From: Bacteroidales bacterium
Lineage (GTDB): Bacteria > Bacteroidota > Bacteroidia > Bacteroidales > UBA932
Length of the DNA stretch: 64,000 nucleotides
Direction of reading: 5' to 3'
Assembly (NCBI GenBank): GCA_017482565.1
Contig: JAFUMO010000065.1
Location: 1,164-65,163, forward strand
Below the pieces are notes generated by a model. That model was not told where the DNA came from. It worked only from the letters and a program-made list of their open reading frames with translations, and ran no database searches. The position numbers and the translations under genes are program-made. Below are positions 10,070 to 18,209 of this stretch, one piece after another; position 1 is the first letter of the stretch; every line of letters begins with the position of its first letter.

Positions 10070-10143
10070 TCCTGAATAGCTCAGTTGGTTAGAGCATCTG
10101 ACTGTTAATCAGAGGGTCCCAGGTTCAAGTCCTGGTTCAGGAG
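10070..10143 (+). tRNA. tRNA-Asn (anticodon GTT)
   Basis: Hand-folded 74-nt cloverleaf. Acceptor TCCTGAA/TTCAGGA, D stem GCTC/GAGC, anticodon stem TCTGA/TCAGA with loop CTGTTAA. Variable loop GGGTC, T stem CCAGG/CCTGG with loop TTCAAGT, discriminator G. No encoded CCA. Confidence 0.93.
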
Positions 10144-10150
10144 CGGAAAA

Positions 10151-10177
10151 GCACTCAAGAAATTGGGTGCTTTTTTT
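10151..10177 (+). terminator. rho-independent terminator after tRNA-Asn
   Basis: Hairpin GCACTCAA-GAAA-TTGGGTGC (one G-T pair) followed by TTTTTTT. Confidence 0.7.
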
Positions 10178-10192
10178 GTTTCCAGGGGCCTC

Positions 10193-10939
10193 CTACTCCG
10201 CCGCCGCAATGGTGGCCATGATCTTCTCCACAGAACTTTCCGTGCGGATGAAGTCCCCTCCAAGGTCTGCCGGGGTGAAGGATACCCCTTCCCTGTACTG
10301 CATTGGGGATTCAAATGATTCCGAGCCGGAGAAATGTATCTCCTGCACTCCTGTAGCGGCCAGTATTCCCTTTATGTTGCCGGCATTTACTCCGGAGCCG
10401 GGCATTATGATTACCCTCCCGGCAGCAGCCTCATTCATCCTGGCAAGGGTTTCAAGCCCCTCATGTGCCGTTGGCTTTCCTCCCGACGTAAGTATCCTGT
10501 CAACCCCAAGGGCAATTGCATCATCCAGGGCAGCCATAATGTCACGGGCGCGGTCTATCGCCCTGTGGAATGTTACAGAAAGCCCCAGGTGCTTTGCCAC
10601 AGCCACCATAGCCCTGCAGCTGTCCATATCCACATTCCCGAAAGGGTCCAGAGCCCCTATCACAACCCCGTTCACACCCATCCTGGCACAGGCCTGGATA
10701 TCCGCTATCATAACCGCCACCTCTTCAGATTCATACAGGAAGTCCCCCGGGCGCGGGCGGATAAGTACATTGATATCTATCTTGAGCCTCTTGCGGGCCT
10801 GTTCAATGAATCCGTACGACGGGGTTATTCCACCAAGATTGAGGGCAGAACAGAGCTCCACCCTGTGGGCTCCCGCTTCCTGCGCATTTATTGCGCTCAG
10901 CAGCGAGCCGCTGCAGATTTCAAATTTTACGTTCTTCAT
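10193..10939 (-). CDS. cutC: copper homeostasis protein CutC
   Basis: 248-aa ORF. MKNVKFEICSGSLLSAINAQEAGAHRVELCSAL...VLIRPRPGDFLYS-like...FHRAID...ILTSGG matches the CutC TIM-barrel signature along its full length. Confidence 0.85.
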   Translation of the reverse strand: MKNVKFEICSGSLLSAINAQEAGAHRVELCSALNLGGITPSYGFIEQARKRLKIDINVLIRPRPGDFLYESEEVAVMIADIQACARMGVNGVVIGALDPFGNVDMDSCRAMVAVAKHLGLSVTFHRAIDRARDIMAALDDAIALGVDRILTSGGKPTAHEGLETLARMNEAAAGRVIIMPGSGVNAGNIKGILAATGVQEIHFSGSESFESPMQYREGVSFTPADLGGDFIRTESSVEKIMATIAAAE

Positions 10940-11021
10940 GTCGGTTATTCGGATATCAGGCAGTTACCTGCATATCGGGCTACCACCCGGAAAACAGGGT
11001 AACCGCCAGTGCATTGCAAAT

Positions 11022-12029
11022 TTAGGAACTTTCTCCCCAATTGAAAATTTTAAGGCCGAACTGTGGAGCTACGGCAATTGCATGCTCAGTTATCTGGGAT
11101 TTGACCCCTTCATATATCACCCATCCCTTGTTGGCTGAAAAGCAATAGATCTGCACCGGGAGGCCTGTGGAGGTAGGGTCCAGGTACCTTACCATTGTGA
11201 GTATCCTGTTGTTTATCCCAGGATGGTGGTGGATGTATGATGTAAGGTACATCCTGTAGAGCTCCAGGTTTGTGATGTGGCTCCTGTCCCCTTGGGGAAG
11301 CTGTACCAGAGAGGAGGCCTGCAAAAGTTCATCGGGAGCACAGAAATGGACATAATCCATGTCTATGTTGAGATTTATGGTCATCCTCCGGCCGCCGCTC
11401 TCATCCATTCCCCTCCAGTTCTGGAATGAGGAGGTTACGAGGGAATAGGTTGGGACTGTAACTATTGTGTTGTCGAAATTCTGCACCTTTACGGTAATGA
11501 GGGAGATGTCTGTCACCACGCCATTGGCGAGGGTATTGGGGATCACTATCCAGTCTCCCGTGCGCACCATATCATTTGAGCTGAGCTGCACACCCGATAC
11601 AAACCCCAGGATGGTATCCTTGAAGATGAATGAAAGTACAGCTGCAAATGCGCCCAGGCCGGTAAGGAGCTTTGCCGGTGACTTGTCCAGGAGGATGGCA
11701 ATGATGATTATCCCTCCAATGAAGAACACCACAATCTGCACTATCTGGAAGAATCCCTTGAGGGGTGTCCTGCGGTATTTTGGCCTGCTGTTGAGCATCT
11801 CAAAGGTAATCTTTAGGATTACATTGAGCAGCACCATGAACATCACCGTAATGGCAATGGCATCAAGACGCATGAGCAGGGAGAGCACTTTGTGCTCCTT
11901 GGGCCAGATAAACGGCAGGGCCACAATGATTCCAAAGAGCACTGCAGTTACCAGCACTTTCCACCATAACCTCTTGAAATAATAGTTTACCCAGCTTTTT
12001 CCTGATTTTTCCTTTTCCATTCCGTGCAT
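11022..12029 (-). CDS. mechanosensitive ion channel (MscS family) protein
   Basis: 335-aa ORF with N-terminal TM helices, then GDWIVIPNTLANGVVTDISLITVKVQNFDNTIVTVPTYSLVTSSFQNW, typical of the MscS beta-domain. The start may instead be the MEKEK Met at 12020. Confidence 0.75.
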   Translation of the reverse strand: MHGMEKEKSGKSWVNYYFKRLWWKVLVTAVLFGIIVALPFIWPKEHKVLSLLMRLDAIAITVMFMVLLNVILKITFEMLNSRPKYRRTPLKGFFQIVQIVVFFIGGIIIIAILLDKSPAKLLTGLGAFAAVLSFIFKDTILGFVSGVQLSSNDMVRTGDWIVIPNTLANGVVTDISLITVKVQNFDNTIVTVPTYSLVTSSFQNWRGMDESGGRRMTINLNIDMDYVHFCAPDELLQASSLVQLPQGDRSHITNLELYRMYLTSYIHHHPGINNRILTMVRYLDPTSTGLPVQIYCFSANKGWVIYEGVKSQITEHAIAVAPQFGLKIFNWGESS

Positions 12030-12096
12030 TGTATTTTCCGTTCATTCATTAAACAATGCAATCTGGAAATTGTTATTGAGGAAAATTCTTATTGCT

Positions 12097-12354
12097 ATGA
12101 ACAAGAAACAGTTGGTTAAAAGACTTTCACAGAAGACCGGACTTACATTAGCTCAAAGCAATGACTTTTTGAATTCAGTACTGGATATTGTATCTGATTC
12201 CCTAAAAAATAAAGAAGATGTTTTCTTGCGCGGGTTCGGTTCATTCATGATCAAGGAACGTAAAGAAAGGCGCACAATGAGTTTGAACACAAGGGAGATG
12301 ATAACAATACCGGGCAAGAAGATTGTAAAATTCAGGACACAGATGCTTGATTGA
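12097..12354 (+). CDS. HU family DNA-binding protein
   Basis: MNKKQLVKRLSQKTGLTLAQSNDFLNSVLDIVSDSLKNKEDVFLRGFGSF...IPGKKIVKFR has the HU/IHF fold pattern. I prefer the ATG at 12097 over the non-ATG start at 12070 implied by the track. Confidence 0.8.
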   Translation: MNKKQLVKRLSQKTGLTLAQSNDFLNSVLDIVSDSLKNKEDVFLRGFGSFMIKERKERRTMSLNTREMITIPGKKIVKFRTQMLD

Positions 12355-12381
12355 GCTCCCAATGCCCTGCGTTTACAGCAG

Positions 12382-12418
12382 CTCAGGCGGCCCATTTGGG
12401 CCGCCTGAGTGCTTTTTT
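12382..12418. terminator. bidirectional terminator between convergent HU and M48 genes
   Basis: Perfect 12-bp stem CTCAGGCGGCCC-ATTT-GGGCCGCCTGAG followed by TGCTTTTTT. Confidence 0.75.
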
Positions 12419-13217
12419 ACTTGAATGAAGGTTTTGTCCTGATTGCCTCCCTCAAGGCAGCAATCCTCTTCGCATCGCTCGGATGGGTGCTGAAGAAATC
12501 ACTTTGTGAACCGGTCTTGCCACCCTGCATCTTTTCCCAGAAGACTGGAGCCGCATTCACATCATAGCCGGCAATATCCATAATATACATCCCTATCTTG
12601 TCTGCCTCATACTCATGCTTCCTGGAATAAGGAAGCAGCACACCGGCCTGGGAACCTACTGCAAACCCAACATTGAACAGGGCCTGTGCTGTAGCACCAT
12701 TCTTCTCTCCTATAACCTCACTTGCAATGCTGCCCAAAGCATTCATCACAGACTGCTGGCTCATCCTCTCATTTCCATGCCTTGCAACTGCATGGGCCAT
12801 CTCGTGCCCCATCACAACTGCAATATAATCCGGTGTATCCGCATATTTGAGGATTCCCTCATAGAATACAATTTTTCCCGACGGCATACAGAATGCATTC
12901 ACCTCCTCAGAATCTGTGAGCATAAACTCCCACTTCAACCCGCTGAGGGCACTGCTCTGCCCGGTAGCCTTCATATATGACTCAAGGGCAGCCACCATCC
13001 TGGAGCCCACCTCATTGAGCCTCTTTGTTGCAGCCGCATCCTTTGAAGGGACAGCGGTCTTTGAAAATTCCGCGTATGACTGGTCAGACAATGCCATAAT
13101 CTCACTGTCTGAGAAAAGGAGCATCTGTTTGCGCCCGGTAAACGACACCACTCCACAAGAAACCGCCAGAAATGCCAGAGCGGTTACAGCAACTATAAAC
13201 TTGAATGACTTTTTCAT
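12417..13217 (-). CDS. M48 family metallopeptidase lipoprotein
   Basis: 266-aa ORF with lipobox LAVSC, HExxH motif (VMGHEMAHAVARH), and a downstream EADKIG motif typical of M48. Confidence 0.8.
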   Translation of the reverse strand: MKKSFKFIVAVTALAFLAVSCGVVSFTGRKQMLLFSDSEIMALSDQSYAEFSKTAVPSKDAAATKRLNEVGSRMVAALESYMKATGQSSALSGLKWEFMLTDSEEVNAFCMPSGKIVFYEGILKYADTPDYIAVVMGHEMAHAVARHGNERMSQQSVMNALGSIASEVIGEKNGATAQALFNVGFAVGSQAGVLLPYSRKHEYEADKIGMYIMDIAGYDVNAAPVFWEKMQGGKTGSQSDFFSTHPSDAKRIAALREAIRTKPSFK

Positions 13218-13341
13218 GGATGAATATTTAGGTATTCTCTGCGAAGTTAAGATATATAATTTATTGTAAATAATATATTGACGTAAATTTTGTACTATGT
13301 AAACTATTTAGTTAACTTTGTGTTGTTTTAATGGACAGAAT

Positions 13342-13680
13342 ATGGCAAAGAGGGAGATACGATTCTATTAAAACTATTTCAATGAGTTTTATATTGCTCA
13401 AGAAGAAAAGGTGAGGCGTAAGATTGCACAAGTATTGGTGTGGCGGCAAGAAGTTGACAGATTACCTGTATCTATTCTTAAAAGTATAGCAGGAAAGAAG
13501 GGCTTGTACGAAATCAGGATAGAATTTGCCGGTAACATTTACAGAATATTCTGCTGCTTTGATAAAGGATCATTGGTAATTCTGTTCAACGGTTTTCAAA
13601 AGAAAACCCTAAAGACACCTTCATCAGAGATTGAAAAAGCAGACAGGTTAATGAAAGAATATTTTAACGACAAGCAATAA
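13342..13680 (+). pseudogene. RelE/ParE-superfamily (Gp49/HigB-like) toxin gene with in-frame TAA at codon 10
   Basis: The ATG at 13342 reads MAKREIRFY-TAA(13369-13371)-NYFNEFYIAQEEKVRRKIAQVLV...GLYEIRIEFAGNIYRIFCCFDKGSLVILFNGFQKKTLKTPSSEIEKADRLMKEYF, all in one frame. The track ORF starts at the GTG at 13411, inside this frame. Confidence 0.65.
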
Positions 13681-13685
13681 ACGAT

Positions 13686-13997
13686 ATGGAGAAAGAGAAA
13701 AAAAACAAGATTTTGGCCAGCAGCAATCTGGAGGACTTGCTCAATGCTGAATTTGGAGAAACAGGAACCCCTGCAAGAGATGAATTTGACAGGGAGACTG
13801 AGGCTTTCTGCCTTGCCCAGACCCTTAGGGAAGAACGTATAAAGGCCGGACTGACACAAGAAGAACTGGCCCAGAAGATTGGAACCAAAAAGACATATAT
13901 CTCCCGCCTTGAGAACGGGAAGTCCGACATACAGCTGAATACGTTATTCAGGATTTTTGAAGGTCTTGGCAGGAAAGTTTGTGTAACAATATTATAA
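13686..13997 (+). CDS. XRE-family HTH antitoxin (HigA-like) of the adjacent toxin
   Basis: 103-aa ORF starting 5 nt after the toxin stop. Contains the HTH LTQEELAQKIGTKKTYISRLENGKSDIQLNTLFRIFEGLG. Confidence 0.75.
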   Translation: MEKEKKNKILASSNLEDLLNAEFGETGTPARDEFDRETEAFCLAQTLREERIKAGLTQEELAQKIGTKKTYISRLENGKSDIQLNTLFRIFEGLGRKVCVTIL

Positions 13998-14035
13998 AGA
14001 CAAGCAGGTGGCCATATGACCACCCGCTTATATTT

Positions 14036-14338
14036 TTATTCCCAATAATCACAAACCACCCTGCTTTCGCGGCATTTCTTGCAGAAATTGCTTATCTCCA
14101 CGTGAGCGGGATGTACCTTGTAGGCCGCAAGGTCCTCTTCACTGCGGAACCTGCTTATGAGGACGGCATCATAGCTCATCTCCGTGTGTTTGAAATCAAT
14201 TCCCACCTCTGCTGAAACCAGTTGGGGAACTACTCCTACAAGCCCCTCAAGCCTTTGTTTCATCTGTTTGAGGTTCTCTTCCTTTGAGGCGCCTTCAGCA
14301 AACTCCTTGAAGCGCCACATGACAATGTGTACAAGCAT
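14036..14338 (-). CDS. Dabb (stress-responsive alpha/beta barrel) domain protein
   Basis: 100-aa ORF. MLVHIVMWRFKE...VGIDF...YDAVLISRFRSEEDLAAYKVHPAHV is the Dabb pattern. Confidence 0.7.
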   Translation of the reverse strand: MLVHIVMWRFKEFAEGASKEENLKQMKQRLEGLVGVVPQLVSAEVGIDFKHTEMSYDAVLISRFRSEEDLAAYKVHPAHVEISNFCKKCRESRVVCDYWE

Positions 14339-14356
14339 ATATTGTGATTATTTTCG

Positions 14357-14364
14357 TATATTTG
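14357..14364 (+). promoter_or_regulatory. -7 promoter motif TATATTTG upstream of the M81 peptidase gene
   Basis: TAnnTTTG match 22 nt upstream of the ATG at 14386. Confidence 0.4.
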
Positions 14365-14385
14365 TTTTCCACAAATATACACATT

Positions 14386-15936
14386 ATGAGGAACATTTCA
14401 TTCAAATCATTTCTATTGCCGCTGATTGCGGCCATATTGTTTTCCTGCACCCATGAGAAAAAGCTACCTAAGATTGCAATTGCAGGGATAAAGATTGAGT
14501 CAAGCACCTTCTCTCCTGCAAGGAGTACAGAGGAAGCCTTCAATGTTGCAGTTGGAGATGAGATTTATGACATGATTCCTTACCTGAGGGAGGGCCAGCC
14601 GTTGAGGGAGAGAGCCCATTGGGTTCCTGCACTTGTTGCAAGGGCAACCCCAGGCGGGGCCGTTACAAGGGAGACATACGAGAAGTTTGTGGAAATAATC
14701 CTTGATTCACTCAGGGCCAATATGCCTCTTGACGGTCTTGTATATGACATCCACGGTGCAATGAGCGTTGTAGGGCTGGATGACCCTGAGGGTGACATGA
14801 TAAAGAGGATCAGACAGGTGATAGGCAATGATGTAGTAGTAACAACCCCTATGGACCTCCACGGCAATGTTTCATGGACATTGGCTGAAAATTCTGACAT
14901 GATATGCTGCTACCGAATGGCACCTCACGAGGATGCTTGGGAAACAAGGGAAAGGGCTGCCAGAATACTTATTGAACGTCTGGAAAGCGGCAAAGGAAAA
15001 CCTAAGTACAAGGCTTGGGTACCTGTCCCTATCCTTTTGCCGGGAGAGCAGACCTCTACCCGCGTGGAGCCCGCCAAATCCTTGTATGCGATGACCTACC
15101 CTGCATCAGAGCAGGAGGGTGTGATTGATGCCTCAATCTGGATAGGTTATGCCTGGGCAGATGAGCCACGTAACCACGCAGTTGTAATGGCTACCGGAGA
15201 TGACAGGGAGAAGGTTATAAAGGCTGCTGAGGAGATTGCCCGGCATTTCTGGGATGTGCGCCACCAGTTTGACTTTGTGGCACCTACCACTACCCTTGAG
15301 GAGTGCCTTGCAAATGCCCTTAAGAAAGATGCCAAAAGGCCTTACTACATAAGTGACACAGGGGACAATCCTACTGCAGGCGGTGCCGGCGATGTCACCT
15401 GGACCCTCACACAGCTTCTGGGAAGAAAAGAGTTCCGCTCTGCAAACGGCCCTAAGCTGATATATGCTTCTCTTCCCGACAAGGATTTCGTGGCCAAGGC
15501 CAAGGAGGTTGGGGTAGGTGGCAGGATTGACATGGTTGCCGGAGCTGAGGTGGATGACCGTTATGCCCCACCAGTACGCCTGAAGGGAACAGTCACTGCA
15601 ATTTATGACCATCCTGTGAACTCAGAGGTGGCAGTAAAGGTTGGAAGCATTGATGTAATTGTTACCGAGATAAGGAAAGGTTTCCACAAGGAGCATGAGT
15701 TTACAAAGCTGGGGCTCAACCCACGCACTGCAGATATAGTGATGGTGAAGATAGGCTATCTTGAGCCTGAACTCTACAACATGCAGGCAGACTGGATGAT
15801 GGCCCTTACTCTGGGAGGAGTGAACCAGGACCTTGCAGGACTTCCATACCAGAGGATAAACCGCCCTATGTACCCTATAGACAAGGATATGCCTGATCCT
15901 GACCTTTCAGCCAGAATGGTGCCTTTTGTGGAATAG
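14386..15936 (+). CDS. M81 family metallopeptidase (MlrC-like) lipoprotein
   Basis: Start chosen at MRNISFKSFLLPLIAAILFSC (lipobox). KIAIAGIKIESSTFSPA at the N-terminus and the overall length fit MlrC-like proteins. Confidence 0.7.
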   Translation: MRNISFKSFLLPLIAAILFSCTHEKKLPKIAIAGIKIESSTFSPARSTEEAFNVAVGDEIYDMIPYLREGQPLRERAHWVPALVARATPGGAVTRETYEKFVEIILDSLRANMPLDGLVYDIHGAMSVVGLDDPEGDMIKRIRQVIGNDVVVTTPMDLHGNVSWTLAENSDMICCYRMAPHEDAWETRERAARILIERLESGKGKPKYKAWVPVPILLPGEQTSTRVEPAKSLYAMTYPASEQEGVIDASIWIGYAWADEPRNHAVVMATGDDREKVIKAAEEIARHFWDVRHQFDFVAPTTTLEECLANALKKDAKRPYYISDTGDNPTAGGAGDVTWTLTQLLGRKEFRSANGPKLIYASLPDKDFVAKAKEVGVGGRIDMVAGAEVDDRYAPPVRLKGTVTAIYDHPVNSEVAVKVGSIDVIVTEIRKGFHKEHEFTKLGLNPRTADIVMVKIGYLEPELYNMQADWMMALTLGGVNQDLAGLPYQRINRPMYPIDKDMPDPDLSARMVPFVE

Positions 15937-16007
15937 GGATTTTTGTCGGGAAGAAATAAGGTAATGTTGCCAAAAATAAAGGGGACCTTTGCAGGCCCCC
16001 TTTTCTT

Positions 16008-17684
16008 CTACTCCATAAGTTTCTTGTACTTGAATTTCTTTGGTTCCACATTGCCGAGCCTCATCTTCTTGTTCTCCTCATACTCTGAGTATGTTCCTTC
16101 ATAGAAATATACTTTTGAATCCCCCTCAAAGGCAAGGATGTGGGTACAGATACGGTCAAGGAACCAGCGGTCGTGGGAGATAATTACGGCGCAGCCTGCA
16201 AAGTTCTCCAGACCTTCCTCCAGGGCACGGATGGTATTTACATCCACATCATTGGTAGGCTCATCCAGAAGGAGCACGTTGGCACCCTCCTTCAGGGTGA
16301 GGGCAAGGTGGAGGCGGTTCCTCTCACCACCGCTCAATACGCCGCATTTCTTCTCCTGATCCGCACCGCTGAAGTTGAAGCGGGAAACGTATGCCCTGGC
16401 GTTCACCTCCTTGTTGCCGAGCTTTACATACTCGGAGTTCTCGGCTATTGTCTCGTATACCGTCTTCTCCGGGTCAATGCTCTTGTGCTGCTGGTCAACG
16501 TATGCAACCTTTACGGTTTCGCCAACCTTGAACTCACCCTTGTCAGGAGAATCATATCCCATGATAAGACGGAACAGGGTGGTCTTGCCCGCACCGTTAG
16601 GGCCAATCACACCTACAATGCCTGCAGGCGGCAGCTTGAAGTTCAACCCCTCGTAAAGCACTTTGTCACCGAATGCCTTTGTAACATCAATGGCCTCAAT
16701 CACATTGGTACCCAGGCGCGGACCGTTGGGGATAAAGATCTCCAACTTCTCCTCCTTCTGTCTGCCATCCTCGTTGAGCATCTTCTCGTAAGCACCCAAG
16801 CGGGCCTTTGACTTGGCATGGCGGGCCTTTGGAGCCATCCTTACCCACTCCAGCTCACGCTCCAGGGTCTTGCGGCGCTTGCTCTCCTGCTTCTCCTCCA
16901 TCTTGAGCCTGTTGGATTTCTGGTCCAGCCATGAAGAGTAGTTTCCTTTCCATGGGATACCCTCTCCCCTGTCCAGTTCAAGAATCCAGCCGGCCACGTT
17001 ATCAAGGAAGTAACGGTCATGGGTAACTGCAATTACAGTACCCTTATACTGCTGCAGATGGGCCTCAAGCCACTGGATACTCTCCGTATCAAGGTGGTTG
17101 GTAGGCTCATCAAGCAGAAGCACATCCGGTTCCTGCAGAAGAAGGCGGCAAAGGGCAACCCTTCTCCTCTCTCCTCCGCTCAGGTTCTTCACCAGTGCAT
17201 CAGGCTCAGGACACATAAGGGCATCCATAGCCCTTTCAAGCTTGGAATCAAGCTCCCATCCGCCTGCCTGCTCTATCATCTCAGTAAGTTCTCCTTGCCT
17301 CTCAATGAGTTTTGCCATCTGGTCATCATCCATTGGCTCCATAAACTTGGCATTTATCTCCTCATACTCCTTCAGTATATCCACTACCTCTTGTACACCC
17401 TCTTCAACAACCTCCCTCACAGTCTTGCTGTCATCCAGCTGGGGCTCCTGCTCAAGGTATCCTACAGAATAGCCAGGTGCCCATACAACCTCTCCCTGGT
17501 ATGATTTCTCAATACCCGCAATTATCTTCATAAGGGTGGATTTTCCTGAACCGTTCAAGCCTATGATACCAATCTTGGCTCCATAGAAGAATGAAAGGTA
17601 GATATCCTTAAGGATTGTCTTGTTGTTGGCAGGCAAAGTCTTGCCCACACCATTCATTGAAAAAATTATTTTCTCGTCTGCCAT
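16008..17684 (-). CDS. ettA: energy-dependent translational throttle protein EttA (ABC-F ATPase)
   Basis: 558 aa from MADEKIIFSMNGVGKTLPANNKTILKDIYLSFFYGAKIGIIGLNGSGKSTLMKIIAG. It has two Walker A motifs (GLNGSGKST, GPNGAGKTT) and two LSGGE signatures. Its own promoter motif lies just upstream. Confidence 0.9.
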   Translation of the reverse strand: MADEKIIFSMNGVGKTLPANNKTILKDIYLSFFYGAKIGIIGLNGSGKSTLMKIIAGIEKSYQGEVVWAPGYSVGYLEQEPQLDDSKTVREVVEEGVQEVVDILKEYEEINAKFMEPMDDDQMAKLIERQGELTEMIEQAGGWELDSKLERAMDALMCPEPDALVKNLSGGERRRVALCRLLLQEPDVLLLDEPTNHLDTESIQWLEAHLQQYKGTVIAVTHDRYFLDNVAGWILELDRGEGIPWKGNYSSWLDQKSNRLKMEEKQESKRRKTLERELEWVRMAPKARHAKSKARLGAYEKMLNEDGRQKEEKLEIFIPNGPRLGTNVIEAIDVTKAFGDKVLYEGLNFKLPPAGIVGVIGPNGAGKTTLFRLIMGYDSPDKGEFKVGETVKVAYVDQQHKSIDPEKTVYETIAENSEYVKLGNKEVNARAYVSRFNFSGADQEKKCGVLSGGERNRLHLALTLKEGANVLLLDEPTNDVDVNTIRALEEGLENFAGCAVIISHDRWFLDRICTHILAFEGDSKVYFYEGTYSEYEENKKMRLGNVEPKKFKYKKLME

Positions 17685-18209
17685 ATCTTTATAGTAATTT
17701 GTACAAAGATACTTTTTTTTAAGCAAATAACAGCTGCTGTCCTCCTCTTCCATAAGTGTCCTGTAGAATGCCCTCACAGATGGAAAGCCGCACGCTTCAA
17801 CCATATCATCAACACACAGCGGCCTGTACGCCATGGAGACGGCATAATTGAGTCTCCTGCGGTTCAGATAGGCATCGTATCCTATCCCCTTTTTCTTGTT
17901 GAACATCCTTGAAAGGTACGTTCTGTTGGTCCCCACCAGCTTGGCCAGGCGTTCAAGGGTAAGGTTGCCGTTGAGATAAAGCATCTCATCATCCATCAGC
18001 TCATCAACCCTGCGGGCTATCTCGTCCAATATGTCTACAGGGGGAAGATACTCTATCCTGCACTCACATAATCCCTCCTGGTCATCCTCCGCCAGCCTAT
18101 GCAGAAGGGCCCTTCTGCAGCTTTTTCCCTCAAGGCGGCATATTGTCTTCTCAAGTAGGTATATCCCCCTCCTACAAGAGGAAATCATCAGCCTGTACAG
18201 GTTCATCAC
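17685..18209 (-). pseudogene. 3'-truncated, stop-less AraC-type HTH ORF reading in frame into ettA
   Basis: These are the first 175 codons of the 733-aa track ORF. LTLERLAKLVGTNRTYLSRMFNKKKGIGYDAYLNRRRLNYAVSMA...ACGFPSVRAFYRTLMEEE is an AraC HTH that lacks the usual terminal FKKxxGxTPxxYR helix. There is no stop before the ettA ATG. Confidence 0.5.
17704..17711 (-). promoter_or_regulatory. -7 promoter motif TATCTTTG for ettA
   Basis: Plus strand CAAAGATA is TATCTTTG on the minus strand, 19 nt upstream of the ettA ATG. It lies inside the open frame of the upstream AraC-like ORF. Confidence 0.5.

Noticed and set aside
10167-11138. 323-aa ORF on the plus strand, with similar long shadow ORFs at 10334..11002, 16140..16811, 27578..28204, 26904..27521, 52302..52991 and 40067..40594.
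   Set aside because: Each lies antisense to, or out of frame with, a gene that has clear family motifs (cutC, MscS, ettA, phoH, capA, GT2, BACON lipoprotein). Their translations are low-complexity (Ser/Pro/Arg-rich), as expected for chance open frames in GC-rich coding DNA.
16008-18209. The 733-aa ORF taken at face value as a single AraC-EttA fusion protein.
   Set aside because: EttA has a canonical N-terminus at MADEK (17684) and a TAnnTTTG promoter motif 19 nt upstream. The upstream part is a truncated HTH, and the frame link depends on an A8 run. I annotated the two parts separately and flagged the junction as a finding instead.
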